From assembly GCA_963706575.1 (NCBI GenBank), contig CAVPNL010000015.1, positions 32,001-96,000 on the forward strand: a DNA stretch of 64,000 bases, in the 5' to 3' direction. A program made the position numbers and the translations under genes. Of the stretch, positions 29,776-39,690 are shown piece after piece (position 1 is the stretch's first letter; each line of letters opens with the position of its first letter). Below the pieces are notes generated by a model that saw only the letters and a list, made by a program, of their open reading frames with translations, made no database searches and had not been told where the DNA came from. The DNA comes from an uncultured delta proteobacterium (lineage in GTDB: Bacteria; Desulfobacterota; Desulfobacteria; Desulfobacterales; JAHEIW01).

Positions 29776-31536
29776 ATGCGCAAAATACCCAATTACGAAC
29801 AATTTTTACAATTTAGCCACCACGGTGTCATTGCCACGGATAAAGACGGCCGCATCCATTTTGTTAATAAACGGGCCAGAGAAATCCTTAAATTTATCAA
29901 AACCAAAATGAACGGGGTTCACATCGCAAAGCTATTGCCCAAGACCAGTGAAATGGTGGCCCAGTGCCTGGCTACCGGCAAGCCCCAGTTGGAACGCCAA
30001 ATTGCGGGGAAACGGGTCAATCTAATTGTAAACATCAATCCGATAATAGAAAACAAAACCGTAACCGGTTGTGTTTGTAACTTCCTGCGTCTGGATGAAT
30101 TTGAATCAACCGCGTGGAAACTCGAATCTTTTGACTTTTTGGACAGACAATTTAAGACCGTTTTCGAATCCTCCTCAGACGGAATCTGGATTTGCGACAA
30201 GAACGGTCGGGTGGTGCTGATCAACAGGGCATCTGAAAAACTGGGGGGGATTAAAAAAGAGGATATAATCGGAACAAAGGTTTCGGATCTCGTTAAAAAA
30301 AAGAAATTATACAGCAATTATGTGACCGATGAAGTCATCCAAACCAGGCGTGTCGTCAGTCAGTTGCAGCATGTAAAAAACACAAAAAAAACGGTGCTCT
30401 GTACGGGAATACCGGTTTTTGACAGAAATGGCCGGGTGTCTTTGGTGGTTATTAATGAAAGGGATATCACCCAGTTAGAAGCGCTTAAAATACAATTAGA
30501 GGAAACCCGTAAAGAAAAAGATCGCTATAAAAATGAGCTGACCGAACTGAGCATGCTGGAATTGAAAAGGCAAAAAATTGTCTCGGAAAGCGATCAAATG
30601 CGGGAAATTCTGAAGACCGCCCTTAAGCTTGCTCGCCTGGAAGTAACTGACATACTGCTTTTAGGAGAATCCGGTACCGGTAAAGGGCTCCTGGCGAAAT
30701 TCATTCACAACAACAGCAAGAGAAAAAAGAAACCGTTTATTCAAATTAATTGTGCGGCATTGCCCGAAAACCTGCTGGAAGCTGAATTGTTCGGCTATGA
30801 AAAAGGTGCGTTTTCAGGGGCCCGGGAGGAAGGCAAGCCCGGACTTTTCGAGCTTGCCCATGAAGGTACGCTTTTTTTAGACGAGATCGGCGAACTGCCT
30901 TTTTCGGTGCAGGCGAAACTGTTGAAATATCTGGATGATCATAAAGTCCAGCGTTTGGGCGGAATCAAACCCAAATCAATTGACTGCATCATCATCGCAG
31001 CGACCAATCAAGATATCGAACAATTTGTTAACCAAAAAAAATTCCGCAAGGACCTATTTTACCGTCTTAACATTTTAACTATCAAAATTCCGCCCCTGCG
31101 CGAACGCCCCGAAGACATTTTCGAATTGGCCAATAGCTTTTTGCGCCACTATAATCGCAAGTATAAGGAAAAGAAAAAACTGAATCCCCTGGCCCTTTCA
31201 TTGTTGCAGAGCTACTCATTTGCCGGAAATGTCCGCGAGCTCAAAAATATTATAAAAAAGGCGGTCGTGATGAGTGAAGGCGATGTGATCGATACGGTCA
31301 TATTGAGCAGTATCGGCAAAGAAGTGCTCGAAGACCGATGGGAAGTTCGCGGGTCGGATAAAAAAATCAATAATCTGGTGGAAATGCTTGCTGCGCTCGA
31401 AAAGGAGATGCTGAAAAATGCCATGCGGCATTGCAAATCTACGCGCGAGATGGCCCGGTTTTTAAATATCAGCCAGCCGACCGTTGTGCGAAAACTCAAA
31501 AAACACAGCCTGCCCCCGCCCATGATTCAAACCTGA
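29776..31536 (+). CDS. PAS-PAS sigma-54-interacting transcriptional regulator
   Basis: GESGTGK, INCAALP, ELFGYEKGAFSGA, LFLDEIG, GNVREL, C-terminal HTH. Confidence 0.93.
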   Translation: MRKIPNYEQFLQFSHHGVIATDKDGRIHFVNKRAREILKFIKTKMNGVHIAKLLPKTSEMVAQCLATGKPQLERQIAGKRVNLIVNINPIIENKTVTGCVCNFLRLDEFESTAWKLESFDFLDRQFKTVFESSSDGIWICDKNGRVVLINRASEKLGGIKKEDIIGTKVSDLVKKKKLYSNYVTDEVIQTRRVVSQLQHVKNTKKTVLCTGIPVFDRNGRVSLVVINERDITQLEALKIQLEETRKEKDRYKNELTELSMLELKRQKIVSESDQMREILKTALKLARLEVTDILLLGESGTGKGLLAKFIHNNSKRKKKPFIQINCAALPENLLEAELFGYEKGAFSGAREEGKPGLFELAHEGTLFLDEIGELPFSVQAKLLKYLDDHKVQRLGGIKPKSIDCIIIAATNQDIEQFVNQKKFRKDLFYRLNILTIKIPPLRERPEDIFELANSFLRHYNRKYKEKKKLNPLALSLLQSYSFAGNVRELKNIIKKAVVMSEGDVIDTVILSSIGKEVLEDRWEVRGSDKKINNLVEMLAALEKEMLKNAMRHCKSTREMARFLNISQPTVVRKLKKHSLPPPMIQT

Positions 31537-31544
31537 AGCTTGCC

Positions 31545-31610
31545 CCGCGTTGCGGGATGAAGCGTCCAATTTTATGATACCAAGGGACTCCTCATGAAAA
31601 CTAATGAGAA
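31545..31610 (+). repeat. Family G repeat, copy 2
   Basis: Matches 17555-17620. Confidence 0.85.
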
Positions 31611-32096
31611 AATGATATCTTTATTTTGGACGACGTTTGGATACTTTCAATGCCTCGGCAGTCGGTGGATATTTGTTTTTCTGTCAAGATATTCCCCGCT
31701 TTATTTCAGTAAAAATTCCCCTGAATTTTAATCTAATATTCAAAACCTCAAAATTTCATATTGCGTAACCACGTCTAAAAGATTTTCAATTCACCTAGAT
31801 TGCACCATCAGGCACGCATGTCACAATCCAGAACATTCTGAAAATCTTTAGATTGCCACATGTATTCCACATATTGAAACTCGCGAACTATGGCAAGTAA
31901 TGCGCGGCTTAAATATTCATTACATATATGGAATTATTTTATAAAAATTGATATTCGTACATTATTCAATAAATCACAGGTTGATGCCAACATGAAATAA
32001 TGACACCCGTCAGCAATGGCTTCGCCAAGTTGCGATTCACTCCCGCCTGATCATGTTGAGCAAATTGCCAAAAACGAAAAGTAGATCTGTCACCTT

Positions 32097-32480
32097 TTAT
32101 AAAAGCCTTGCCATGCAGGTTATCTCCACACGGCTCCCGTGAAATAGTCGCGGGGACTCCGTGGTTGTCCTTGCTGGGTAATGGCCGTGTTCGAAAAACT
32201 TCTGGTAGGCGTCGTCCATTGTGTCGAAGTCCTCAAGGCTTGCGAGATGCACGTCAGTTCGCACAATGCGATCCATTTCAAGTCCAATCTCCTTCAACAT
32301 GCTGCGAATGGCAGTCAACACAACGCGGGTTTCCGCTCCCACGTCTCCGAGCGCCGTTTTACCTTCAGGAAAATCAGCAGCCACCAAACCCGCAAAATGA
32401 GCATAAGTGTCGTCCATTACAACTTGGCTAAAAGGGGCTGTCGACTCGGGAACGGCCATTGGTTGAATGTGACGAATCAT
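32097..32480 (-). CDS. RidA/YjgF family protein
   Basis: APFSQVV, YPARTT, GSRVEITCMA. Confidence 0.88.
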   Translation of the reverse strand: MIRHIQPMAVPESTAPFSQVVMDDTYAHFAGLVAADFPEGKTALGDVGAETRVVLTAIRSMLKEIGLEMDRIVRTDVHLASLEDFDTMDDAYQKFFEHGHYPARTTTESPRLFHGSRVEITCMARLL

Positions 32481-32706
32481 CTGTCCTCCTTTATTAAAAA
32501 TTTTGGTAAATATTCGTTTTTTGGGGCAGAAACATAGAGTAGGTCACCTTGTTTGTCAAATAAGAAGAAAACAAAATTGCACTTTGAGTCTTGTGTGAAT
32601 AATGGGAAAAGAGTATAGGAGAGCTAAAACTCGCTCTCATTTTCTTGACTGATTTGTCCACAATAATTTGAAAACCTACAGCTCTTTTATCACTTAAGAG
32701 GTTCTT

Positions 32707-33735
32707 ATGATAGTTAGTCATTCGCGATTAAAGGATATTTATACAGCGTGTTTTACGAAAGCCGGAATTCCAAGGAGCGAATCGGACATATTAACTCGTT
32801 GTTATATGAATGCCGACCTGCGTGGTGTCCATTCCCAAGGCATTTGCTTTCTTCCCACAACATGCCGATCGGTGCTTGAGGGTTCTATGGTTTCAGGCAC
32901 ATCTTTGGAGACGGTAAATGAAGGCGCTTGTTTCGCACTGATGGATGGTAACAATGGATTGGGCCCTGTAATTGCGACAAGGGGAATGAATTTTGCTATT
33001 GAAAAGGCCCTCTCGCAGGGTCTGGGCTGTATCGTCATTCGTAACGCCAATGATCTCAGCATGCTGGCCAACTATACGATGCAGGCGATTGCGCACGATT
33101 GTATCGGCATTGCGATGACACAGGGCGCTGCAAAGGTTGCGCCATGGGGCGGCCGAGAACCATTTTTCTCGACCAATCCGATATCCATCGCCATACCGGC
33201 CAACAAAAAATATCCAATAGTTCTTGACATGGCGACCAGCGTTGTCGCCGCGGGCAAAATATCGCAAGCCGCTGACAACCGCGAAACGATTCCTGAAGGC
33301 TGGGCCATGGACGCCTCGGGTCAAACCACCACCGATCCCAATGAAGCGATAAAAGGAGCGCTGCTTTCACTGGGGGGCTATAAGGGATTTGGTTTGGCGA
33401 TTATGGTGGATGTATTAAGCGGGGTGCTTGCCGGCATGTCCATGACCCGTGACGCCAAAGCAAAGCGGCCCTGGAACGCGGGGCAGTTCTTTTTGGCCAT
33501 ACATGTTGAGAGTTTCGTGCCGAAGGATTCCTTCAAAGACGCCATTGATGAGTTCATTGTAGATATAAAATCCTGTCGGACCAGACCTGGATTTTCTGAG
33601 ATCAAAATGCCGGGCGAACGCGGATGTCAGGCGACGGAGAAAAGCCGGGACGCCGGTGTCGAGATCCCCGATTTTTTGTGGCAAGATGTTATTGAATTGA
33701 CCGACGAGCTGAACGTGGCCATTCAATCTATTTAA
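32707..33735 (+). CDS. Ldh_2 family (AllD/ComC/malate-lactate type) oxidoreductase
   Basis: ADLRGVHSQG, DGNNGLG, TNPISIA, LDMATS, GGYKGFGL, MPGE. Confidence 0.9.
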   Translation: MIVSHSRLKDIYTACFTKAGIPRSESDILTRCYMNADLRGVHSQGICFLPTTCRSVLEGSMVSGTSLETVNEGACFALMDGNNGLGPVIATRGMNFAIEKALSQGLGCIVIRNANDLSMLANYTMQAIAHDCIGIAMTQGAAKVAPWGGREPFFSTNPISIAIPANKKYPIVLDMATSVVAAGKISQAADNRETIPEGWAMDASGQTTTDPNEAIKGALLSLGGYKGFGLAIMVDVLSGVLAGMSMTRDAKAKRPWNAGQFFLAIHVESFVPKDSFKDAIDEFIVDIKSCRTRPGFSEIKMPGERGCQATEKSRDAGVEIPDFLWQDVIELTDELNVAIQSI

Positions 33736-33934
33736 CGAAGAGCTCCCTCGGAAAATTGACGAACGTTTCACAACCGTTATCTGTAACCCGTATCGGTTCG
33801 CTGCATTCGAAGCCAAACTCATCCAGCCAAATGCCGGGCATCAGATGGAGGGTCATATTGGGTTTCAAAACCTATTAGTTGATATTGATCATTAATAACC
33901 ACCTAAGTCACTAACCAAGCATAGGAGGAAAGAT

Positions 33935-35122
33935 ATGACTTTTAAAGGAGCCTTGTTTATGAGCCCGGAAAGGGTGATTTTCGGGTGTGGGGTGGTCGAT
34001 GATATCGGTACCTACGTAAAACAGCTCGGAGGAATAAAGCCCTTTATCGCCACCGATAAGATAATTTCCGCCATCGCCGCTTTCCAACATATCGAAAATT
34101 CTTTGAAAAAGGATAATATTGACTACCATCTGTATACGGATTGCGATGTCAATCCGACCGACATGCAAATTGAAAACGGATGTAAAATTTACAAAGAGGC
34201 AAAATGCGATGTCATCATTGGTGTGGGCGGCGGCAGCAACTTGGACACCGCCAAATCGATCGGAATAATTGCTACGAATTCCGGCTCAATTCGGGATAAT
34301 TTTGTTACAAGTTATGTAACCGATCCCTATGACACGCCCAATAAAAATGCAACACCACCCATGATTATGGTTCCAACAACCGCCGGAACGGGCAGTGAGG
34401 TAGGCGCCTGGACAGTAGTGACCAATACGGCTGAAAATTATAAAGGCTTTTGCGGCGGATGGATGTGCCTCCCCAAAATCGCTTTATTGGATCCGCTGAT
34501 GACCGTAAGCATGCCGCCGAAATTGACCGCATCAACCGGTTTCGATGCTTTGATCCATGGCATTGAAGCCTATTACCATCGCTATAAAATGCCGCAAACA
34601 GACCTGTATGCGATTTCGGCGATCAAACGAATTTTTAAATACCTGGGTCGAGCCATTGCCAACGGTCGTGATATAGAAGCAAGAGAGCAGATGCTTCTGG
34701 GGGCCATGGAAGCCGGTTTTGCCATGAACACCGGATGTGCTTTGATCCACTCCTCCGGCCTGCAATTAACCTCCAAATTCGGCCTCAGTCATGGTGAAAC
34801 CCTGGCCATCATGGCAGGTCCGGTGATGAGGTTCAATACCATGGCTTGTGTGGACCGGATGATCGATATTGCTAAAGCAATGGCAGAAAATGTTCGCGGA
34901 TTAGGCAAGCTCGACGCCGCCTATAAGGCTGCTGAAGCCGTTCAAAAATATGCTCAATCCATTGAAGTGCCGGTCCATTTGACCAAGGAGATTCATGATC
35001 CGTCCGTGATCCCACATATGGCCCAAAACGCCATATCCAACGACAACACGTATGGGAATCCGCGCATCCCCACCCTGGAACAATTGGAAGCGCTTTACAG
35101 GCAAGCGTATAGTGATCTTTGA
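33935..35122 (+). CDS. Iron-containing alcohol dehydrogenase
   Basis: GGGSNLDTAK, PTTAGTGSE, GFDALIHGIE, IHSS, SHG, NPR. Confidence 0.93.
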   Translation: MTFKGALFMSPERVIFGCGVVDDIGTYVKQLGGIKPFIATDKIISAIAAFQHIENSLKKDNIDYHLYTDCDVNPTDMQIENGCKIYKEAKCDVIIGVGGGSNLDTAKSIGIIATNSGSIRDNFVTSYVTDPYDTPNKNATPPMIMVPTTAGTGSEVGAWTVVTNTAENYKGFCGGWMCLPKIALLDPLMTVSMPPKLTASTGFDALIHGIEAYYHRYKMPQTDLYAISAIKRIFKYLGRAIANGRDIEAREQMLLGAMEAGFAMNTGCALIHSSGLQLTSKFGLSHGETLAIMAGPVMRFNTMACVDRMIDIAKAMAENVRGLGKLDAAYKAAEAVQKYAQSIEVPVHLTKEIHDPSVIPHMAQNAISNDNTYGNPRIPTLEQLEALYRQAYSDL

Positions 35123-35382
35123 CATTCCCATAATTTCGATGAATGCTAAATTTCATTGATATACATATTATCCAAACGACAAGCTTATTGAATACAAAAT
35201 GGCATAACCACTTTTAAATTATATAATGCAATATGAAAAATAGATGAATGATGGGTTTCGGCTATAAGACTAAAATCGTACAGTATTTAACCTTCCATCT
35301 TCACATCTAAAATATTTTTAGATCCTTCAATTTCGGCACAGGCACGACATCCCGCATATAATGCAAGTCAAAGCCTTTTATA

Positions 35383-35727
35383 TTAGCAGGTACTACCATT
35401 CCAGCCAAACATAGAAGGTTGCATATCGATCAGGCGATGGTATTGACGATCCGGTACTACGCCCAGTTCCGTTTGCACGAACTCCGTTAGGGTTTTTACA
35501 AACTCCGCGGCCTGCTCCTGTGGAAAAGCGAACAGTTTTAACTGAATATATGCGGTTGGTTCCGTGCTGTCGTCGATCATCAGATGGGCACCGGGATTGA
35601 TGAGCACCATGATCGAACTTTTGGGTTTGTCCAGCATATTCGCCAGCAGATCGGTGGCTTTGTGCAGGAGCGCAGTGCAATGTTCGGGCGTGATGCTTTG
35701 ATTGGTATCTAATGTTAATATCGGCAA
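35383..35727 (-). CDS. MIF/phenylpyruvate-tautomerase family protein
   Basis: 114 aa with N-terminal Pro (MPILTLDTN), KPKSSIMV, EPTAY, C-terminal FGWNGST; GGAGG RBS. Confidence 0.85.
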   Translation of the reverse strand: MPILTLDTNQSITPEHCTALLHKATDLLANMLDKPKSSIMVLINPGAHLMIDDSTEPTAYIQLKLFAFPQEQAAEFVKTLTEFVQTELGVVPDRQYHRLIDMQPSMFGWNGSTC

Positions 35728-35793
35728 TTTGACACCTCCTTAGATCAAGATGACGGGGATGTCATCGGGTTGGTTACAATAGAACGGCCACTT

Positions 35794-36753
35794 CTAACCA
35801 ACCACTTTCAGCTTCGGTTGGATGGGCTGGGGGTCGTAGCCGCTGTCGGCGGTGATGCAAGACACCCCTTCAGCGGTTATCAGATCCCGCAACGTCTCCA
35901 TATGGGCGTCATCCGGGGGATTGATATGATGCAGTTTGTAATCCAGTCCAAGCGCAGTATATTTGGAGAGACCTAATTTGTGATACGGCAGAATTTCAAT
36001 GCCTAACGCACCGGGAAGATGGTCACGAACAAATTTGGCGGTGGCCTTGATGTTCTCTGTGCTGTCATTGATGGACGGTATGACCGGAATTCTGATCACC
36101 ATGGGAATATCAAGCGCTGCAATTTTTTTGGCATTTTCAAGAATTCTCTTATTGGCACCGCCCGTAATTGCTTTATGGGTTTTGTCATCCATGTGTTTGA
36201 TATCAAACAAGACAAAATCAGCCAGCCTGACGGTATCTTCTACAGCTTCCCAGCTAAAAAACCCGCAGGTTTCGATGGCAGCGTGAATCCCCAATTCCTG
36301 GCATCCTTCGATAACTGCTTTCAAGAAATCCGGCTGGGTTAAGGGTTCGCCGCCACTGAAGGTGACACCCCCGGAAGACTTTCGATAAAAAACCATATCT
36401 TTTTTTATGATCTGTATCAGCTGGGTCGCTGACAGTTCTTCCCCCAGCCAGGCACGGGCACCCGAATGACAGACCTCGATGCATTTGCCGCACTGGATAC
36501 ATATACCGCCTGAAAATGCGCCCTCTTTTGCAGGGATGGCAACGTCCTCAGGACATTCCCGGGCGCAGGCATGGCATTCGACACACCTCGAGGGGAAGAT
36601 CCCGATTTGCGGCAGACGATCCTGAGATTCGGGATTCGCGCACCAGGGACAATGCAACGGGCAGCCTTTTAAAAAGACCACTGTTCGGGTACCCGGTCCG
36701 TCCGACACCGACCAGCGCTGGATTTCTATGACTACATTTTTCACTTTAGACAA
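35794..36753 (-). CDS. Glycyl-radical enzyme activating enzyme (radical SAM with ferredoxin insert)
   Basis: DGPGTRTVVFLKGCPLHCPWCANPE, two CxxCxxC motifs, GGVTFSGGEP, IETCG, LPYH. Confidence 0.95.
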   Translation of the reverse strand: MSKVKNVVIEIQRWSVSDGPGTRTVVFLKGCPLHCPWCANPESQDRLPQIGIFPSRCVECHACARECPEDVAIPAKEGAFSGGICIQCGKCIEVCHSGARAWLGEELSATQLIQIIKKDMVFYRKSSGGVTFSGGEPLTQPDFLKAVIEGCQELGIHAAIETCGFFSWEAVEDTVRLADFVLFDIKHMDDKTHKAITGGANKRILENAKKIAALDIPMVIRIPVIPSINDSTENIKATAKFVRDHLPGALGIEILPYHKLGLSKYTALGLDYKLHHINPPDDAHMETLRDLITAEGVSCITADSGYDPQPIQPKLKVVG

Positions 36754-36796
36754 TTAACTATAACCGATCTTAATCTGCCTCAGTGCGGATTAACAC

Positions 36797-36935
36797 CAAA
36801 TGAGCTAAAATTAAAAATGATCTAAAATGCCTAAAATTACAGTCTCGCTGCGCTCCATCTACTATTATAAAAATGACAGAATTCCTCAATTTTAGGCATT
36901 TTAGCTCATTTTAGGCACTTTAGGCACTGCTAACT
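36797..36935 (+). repeat. Family E repeat array, copy 2 (core motif in the opposite orientation)
   Basis: Arms match 8805-8918; core TCGCTGCGCTCCATCT is the reverse complement of 8849-8864. Confidence 0.9.
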
Positions 36936-36992
36936 TACCAGCACCTCTGGAACTTATTTCTCTGTCATCCAAAATAGACTATTAATTTGGAA

Positions 36993-39422
36993 TCAAAGAC
37001 TTTCATGCGTGGTGCGGCGAATAATCTCGTTTTGCACTTCCTTGGAAAGATCATTAAAAATGGCGCAATAGCCCGCGACACGGACCACCAAATCACGATA
37101 GTTATCCGGATTCTTTTGGGCATCCCGCAGGGTCTCCGGGCTGATGACGTTAAACTGGCAGTGATAGCCGCCGAGTTCAAAATAGGATCGAATCAGATTG
37201 GCCATGCCGGCCAGGCCACGATTGCCCTCGATGGCAGAAGGCAGCAGCTTGAGATTCAGCAGGGTTCCACCGGGATGTAATTCGTGGTTGACTTTTGCTT
37301 CGGAGCGCATGGCCGCAGTGGGTCCACTGGTATCGGTTCCCGGGTGAGGGGAGCAGCCTTCGGCCAGCGGATGGGTTGCTTTACGCCCGCAGGGAAGCGC
37401 ACCCACCACCGAACCGGTGGGAATATTATAGGTCAGCCCCATAATCGCGCTATGGAAGGGGTTGCCCAACGAATCTTTGTAGCGGCTCAGCCCTTTATCA
37501 TTATAGTCCGTCATTTCGACCTGGAGACGATCGACATAATCATCATCATTGCCGAACTTGGGAGAATTCTTGAGCAATTGCTGAATTTCTTCATGGCCGA
37601 CAAAATCGTCGTCCAGGGCCTTAACCAGCTGGTCCATGGTGATGTTCTTTTCCTCAAACACATTCTTTTTAATGGCCGCCAGGCCGTTGGCACAGTCGGC
37701 TGCGCCCACGACAATCCAACCCGGACCGACATTATAGCGGGCACCGCCGTTTACCAGGTCTTTGCCGCTTTCCATGCAGCCTTCGACCAGAAGAGAAAGA
37801 TAGGGACGATGAACCATTTTGCGATGCAGTTTGTGCTCAATCACGGTCGAAACCGCACAGTGTTTCATAATGTGGTCGACTTGCTCAAAAAAAGTTTCTT
37901 TAAGCTCTTCGAAAGAAGTAAACTCACGCGGGTCTCTGGTGGGCAAACCCATTTGTTTACCGGTGAGGCGGCTGCGGCCCTGATTGAGTGTCCATTCCAG
38001 GGCGGCTGCCATGTTGTAGCCACCCGCATCCGTCCACTCATAAACCTTGCGGTGATGGGGTACAACACAGCCGAGCAACGTCCACTCCCGGGCATCGTCG
38101 GGCCGCAATCCGGCATACATCATCATCTGGGTACCCACCTGATCATTGTGAAAGGCCGGGAAGCCGATACCTTTACGGGAGAGGCGGCAGCAGGCCAGTA
38201 AAAATTCTTGCGGCGTATCCGGTTGAATAATGACACTCAGGGAGGGTTGCGGCAGGGCAACCTGGGATGTGGCCTCGACAGCCATGAAACTGACATCATT
38301 TACGGCATCGCTGCCATCAATGTTGCGACCGCCGACACTCAGATTGGTAAAACCACTGTAGCCGGCATAATATCGACTGCCATTCTGGGGCAAGAGCCAG
38401 ATGAGTTCGGCAATTTTTATCCAGATGCAGTTAATAATTTCCTGTGCAAATTCTTTTTTTATACTGTCTGTTTCCAGATCGGCTTGAAAAAACGGATTCA
38501 TATACATGTCAAAGCGCCCGATATTGAAGGCCGGGCAGTTTTCGGAAAGAAAGCAACCCAGCATCACAAACCACAGCATTTGCCCGGCTTCCCAGAAGTT
38601 ACGTGGTGAATATTCCGGTACCCGGCGGCAGTTTGCCGCAATGGTTTCCAGTTCCTTTTTGCGCCCGGGATCCTGTTCTTTTTTGGCCATGTCCGCTGCA
38701 TACTCAGCATAGCGTTTTCCTAACGTAATAATCCCCTCACAGGCCTCGATGGCTGCTTTGTAGTAATCGATTTTATCAAGGTCTTCGTCATTGGTATATT
38801 TTAAGGTTTTCAGTTTTTCTTTGGCTTCATCACAGATAGCCCGAAATCCTTTCGGAAAAATGATATCCTGAAAATCGGGGGTAATTTCACCGACATGACT
38901 GCGCCATTTCATTTCGGTATCAAGAATATCCGTATCCACACCAATTTTGAGGGTGTCTTCAGGGAACCGTGCCAGGGCGTTCTCTTCAAGGGATTTTCCT
39001 TGCCAGTAAGGAATAATTTCTTCAACAAACAGGCGTTCTTGTTCCGGGTCTATATAATAGGGGTCGCGAGGTCTTGTTTGAACGGTGTCCAGCTCTTTGG
39101 CAAGCCACTTCCAAGAAATTTCAGGGACCAGGGCGCCCATTCGGCGTGCAGAGCCGTGGGTTCCCACGATTAATTCGTCGTCAAATATATTGAGAGTTAT
39201 GGTTTCACACGCCAAACGAAAGGCCTTGGCCAGGCGCACCGTCGTGGCTTGGCCTTCGGTTTCTTTGTAAGAGCGGGTAAACGCCAGGGCCCGCTCCATA
39301 CATATCGCCGGCTTTGAATCCAAATAGGCGTTTTTTAAACGCTGGGTTCTCGTTTCCTCCTTAAAAACACTCGACGATTCACTCGTATCATACGTTAAAT
39401 CAATGGCTTCCTGTGCTGGCAT
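36993..39422 (-). CDS. Glycyl radical enzyme of unassigned specificity
   Basis: DELIVG, GRFD, PQPSLSV, Cys loop LLGCVVP, PKFGNDD, Gly loop VVRVAGY; GGAGG RBS before the ATG at 39422. Confidence 0.95.
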   Translation of the reverse strand: MPAQEAIDLTYDTSESSSVFKEETRTQRLKNAYLDSKPAICMERALAFTRSYKETEGQATTVRLAKAFRLACETITLNIFDDELIVGTHGSARRMGALVPEISWKWLAKELDTVQTRPRDPYYIDPEQERLFVEEIIPYWQGKSLEENALARFPEDTLKIGVDTDILDTEMKWRSHVGEITPDFQDIIFPKGFRAICDEAKEKLKTLKYTNDEDLDKIDYYKAAIEACEGIITLGKRYAEYAADMAKKEQDPGRKKELETIAANCRRVPEYSPRNFWEAGQMLWFVMLGCFLSENCPAFNIGRFDMYMNPFFQADLETDSIKKEFAQEIINCIWIKIAELIWLLPQNGSRYYAGYSGFTNLSVGGRNIDGSDAVNDVSFMAVEATSQVALPQPSLSVIIQPDTPQEFLLACCRLSRKGIGFPAFHNDQVGTQMMMYAGLRPDDAREWTLLGCVVPHHRKVYEWTDAGGYNMAAALEWTLNQGRSRLTGKQMGLPTRDPREFTSFEELKETFFEQVDHIMKHCAVSTVIEHKLHRKMVHRPYLSLLVEGCMESGKDLVNGGARYNVGPGWIVVGAADCANGLAAIKKNVFEEKNITMDQLVKALDDDFVGHEEIQQLLKNSPKFGNDDDYVDRLQVEMTDYNDKGLSRYKDSLGNPFHSAIMGLTYNIPTGSVVGALPCGRKATHPLAEGCSPHPGTDTSGPTAAMRSEAKVNHELHPGGTLLNLKLLPSAIEGNRGLAGMANLIRSYFELGGYHCQFNVISPETLRDAQKNPDNYRDLVVRVAGYCAIFNDLSKEVQNEIIRRTTHESL

Positions 39423-39460
39423 GGCTAACCTCCTTTGCATGAAGATTTTAGGCTTTTATA

Positions 39461-39492
39461 CTTGTATACAAGAATACAGGTTGGCCTGTCAA
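39461..39492 (-). promoter_or_regulatory. Sigma-70 promoter of the GRE operon with a GntR/FadR-type palindrome
   Basis: Minus-strand TTGACA (39487-39492); the perfect palindrome CTTGTATACAAG (39461-39472) overlaps the -10. Confidence 0.6.
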
Positions 39493-39690
39493 GCCATTTT
39501 TGTACAAATTCCGACGAAAGTGCCGAATTCCAAAAACTATGGATCTAAATCATCATTGACCACCCAGGAATGGATGATATGTTCTTTATCGAGGCTTTAG
39601 ATTTCAATGCTGTCCATTTCATTTCTCCTCTGCAAATTGCTTTTATAGATTGCGATAATCGCGCATCTGCTGGTATATACGGGTATTGAA

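Noticed and set aside
31620..32090. AT-rich stretch as a possible gene remnant or island boundary
   Set aside because: Only short open frames with no recognisable motif, and no integrase, att site or tRNA nearby.
37284..38201. 305 aa plus-strand ORF and the many similar antisense ORFs in the track
   Set aside because: They are shadows of well-supported genes on the opposite strand and have no recognisable motifs.
36993..39422. Choline TMA-lyase (cutC) call suggested by the TMA methyltransferase context
   Set aside because: It lacks GCVEP and the CutC-type TLSISNN segment (SAIMGLTYN here), and there are no microcompartment genes.
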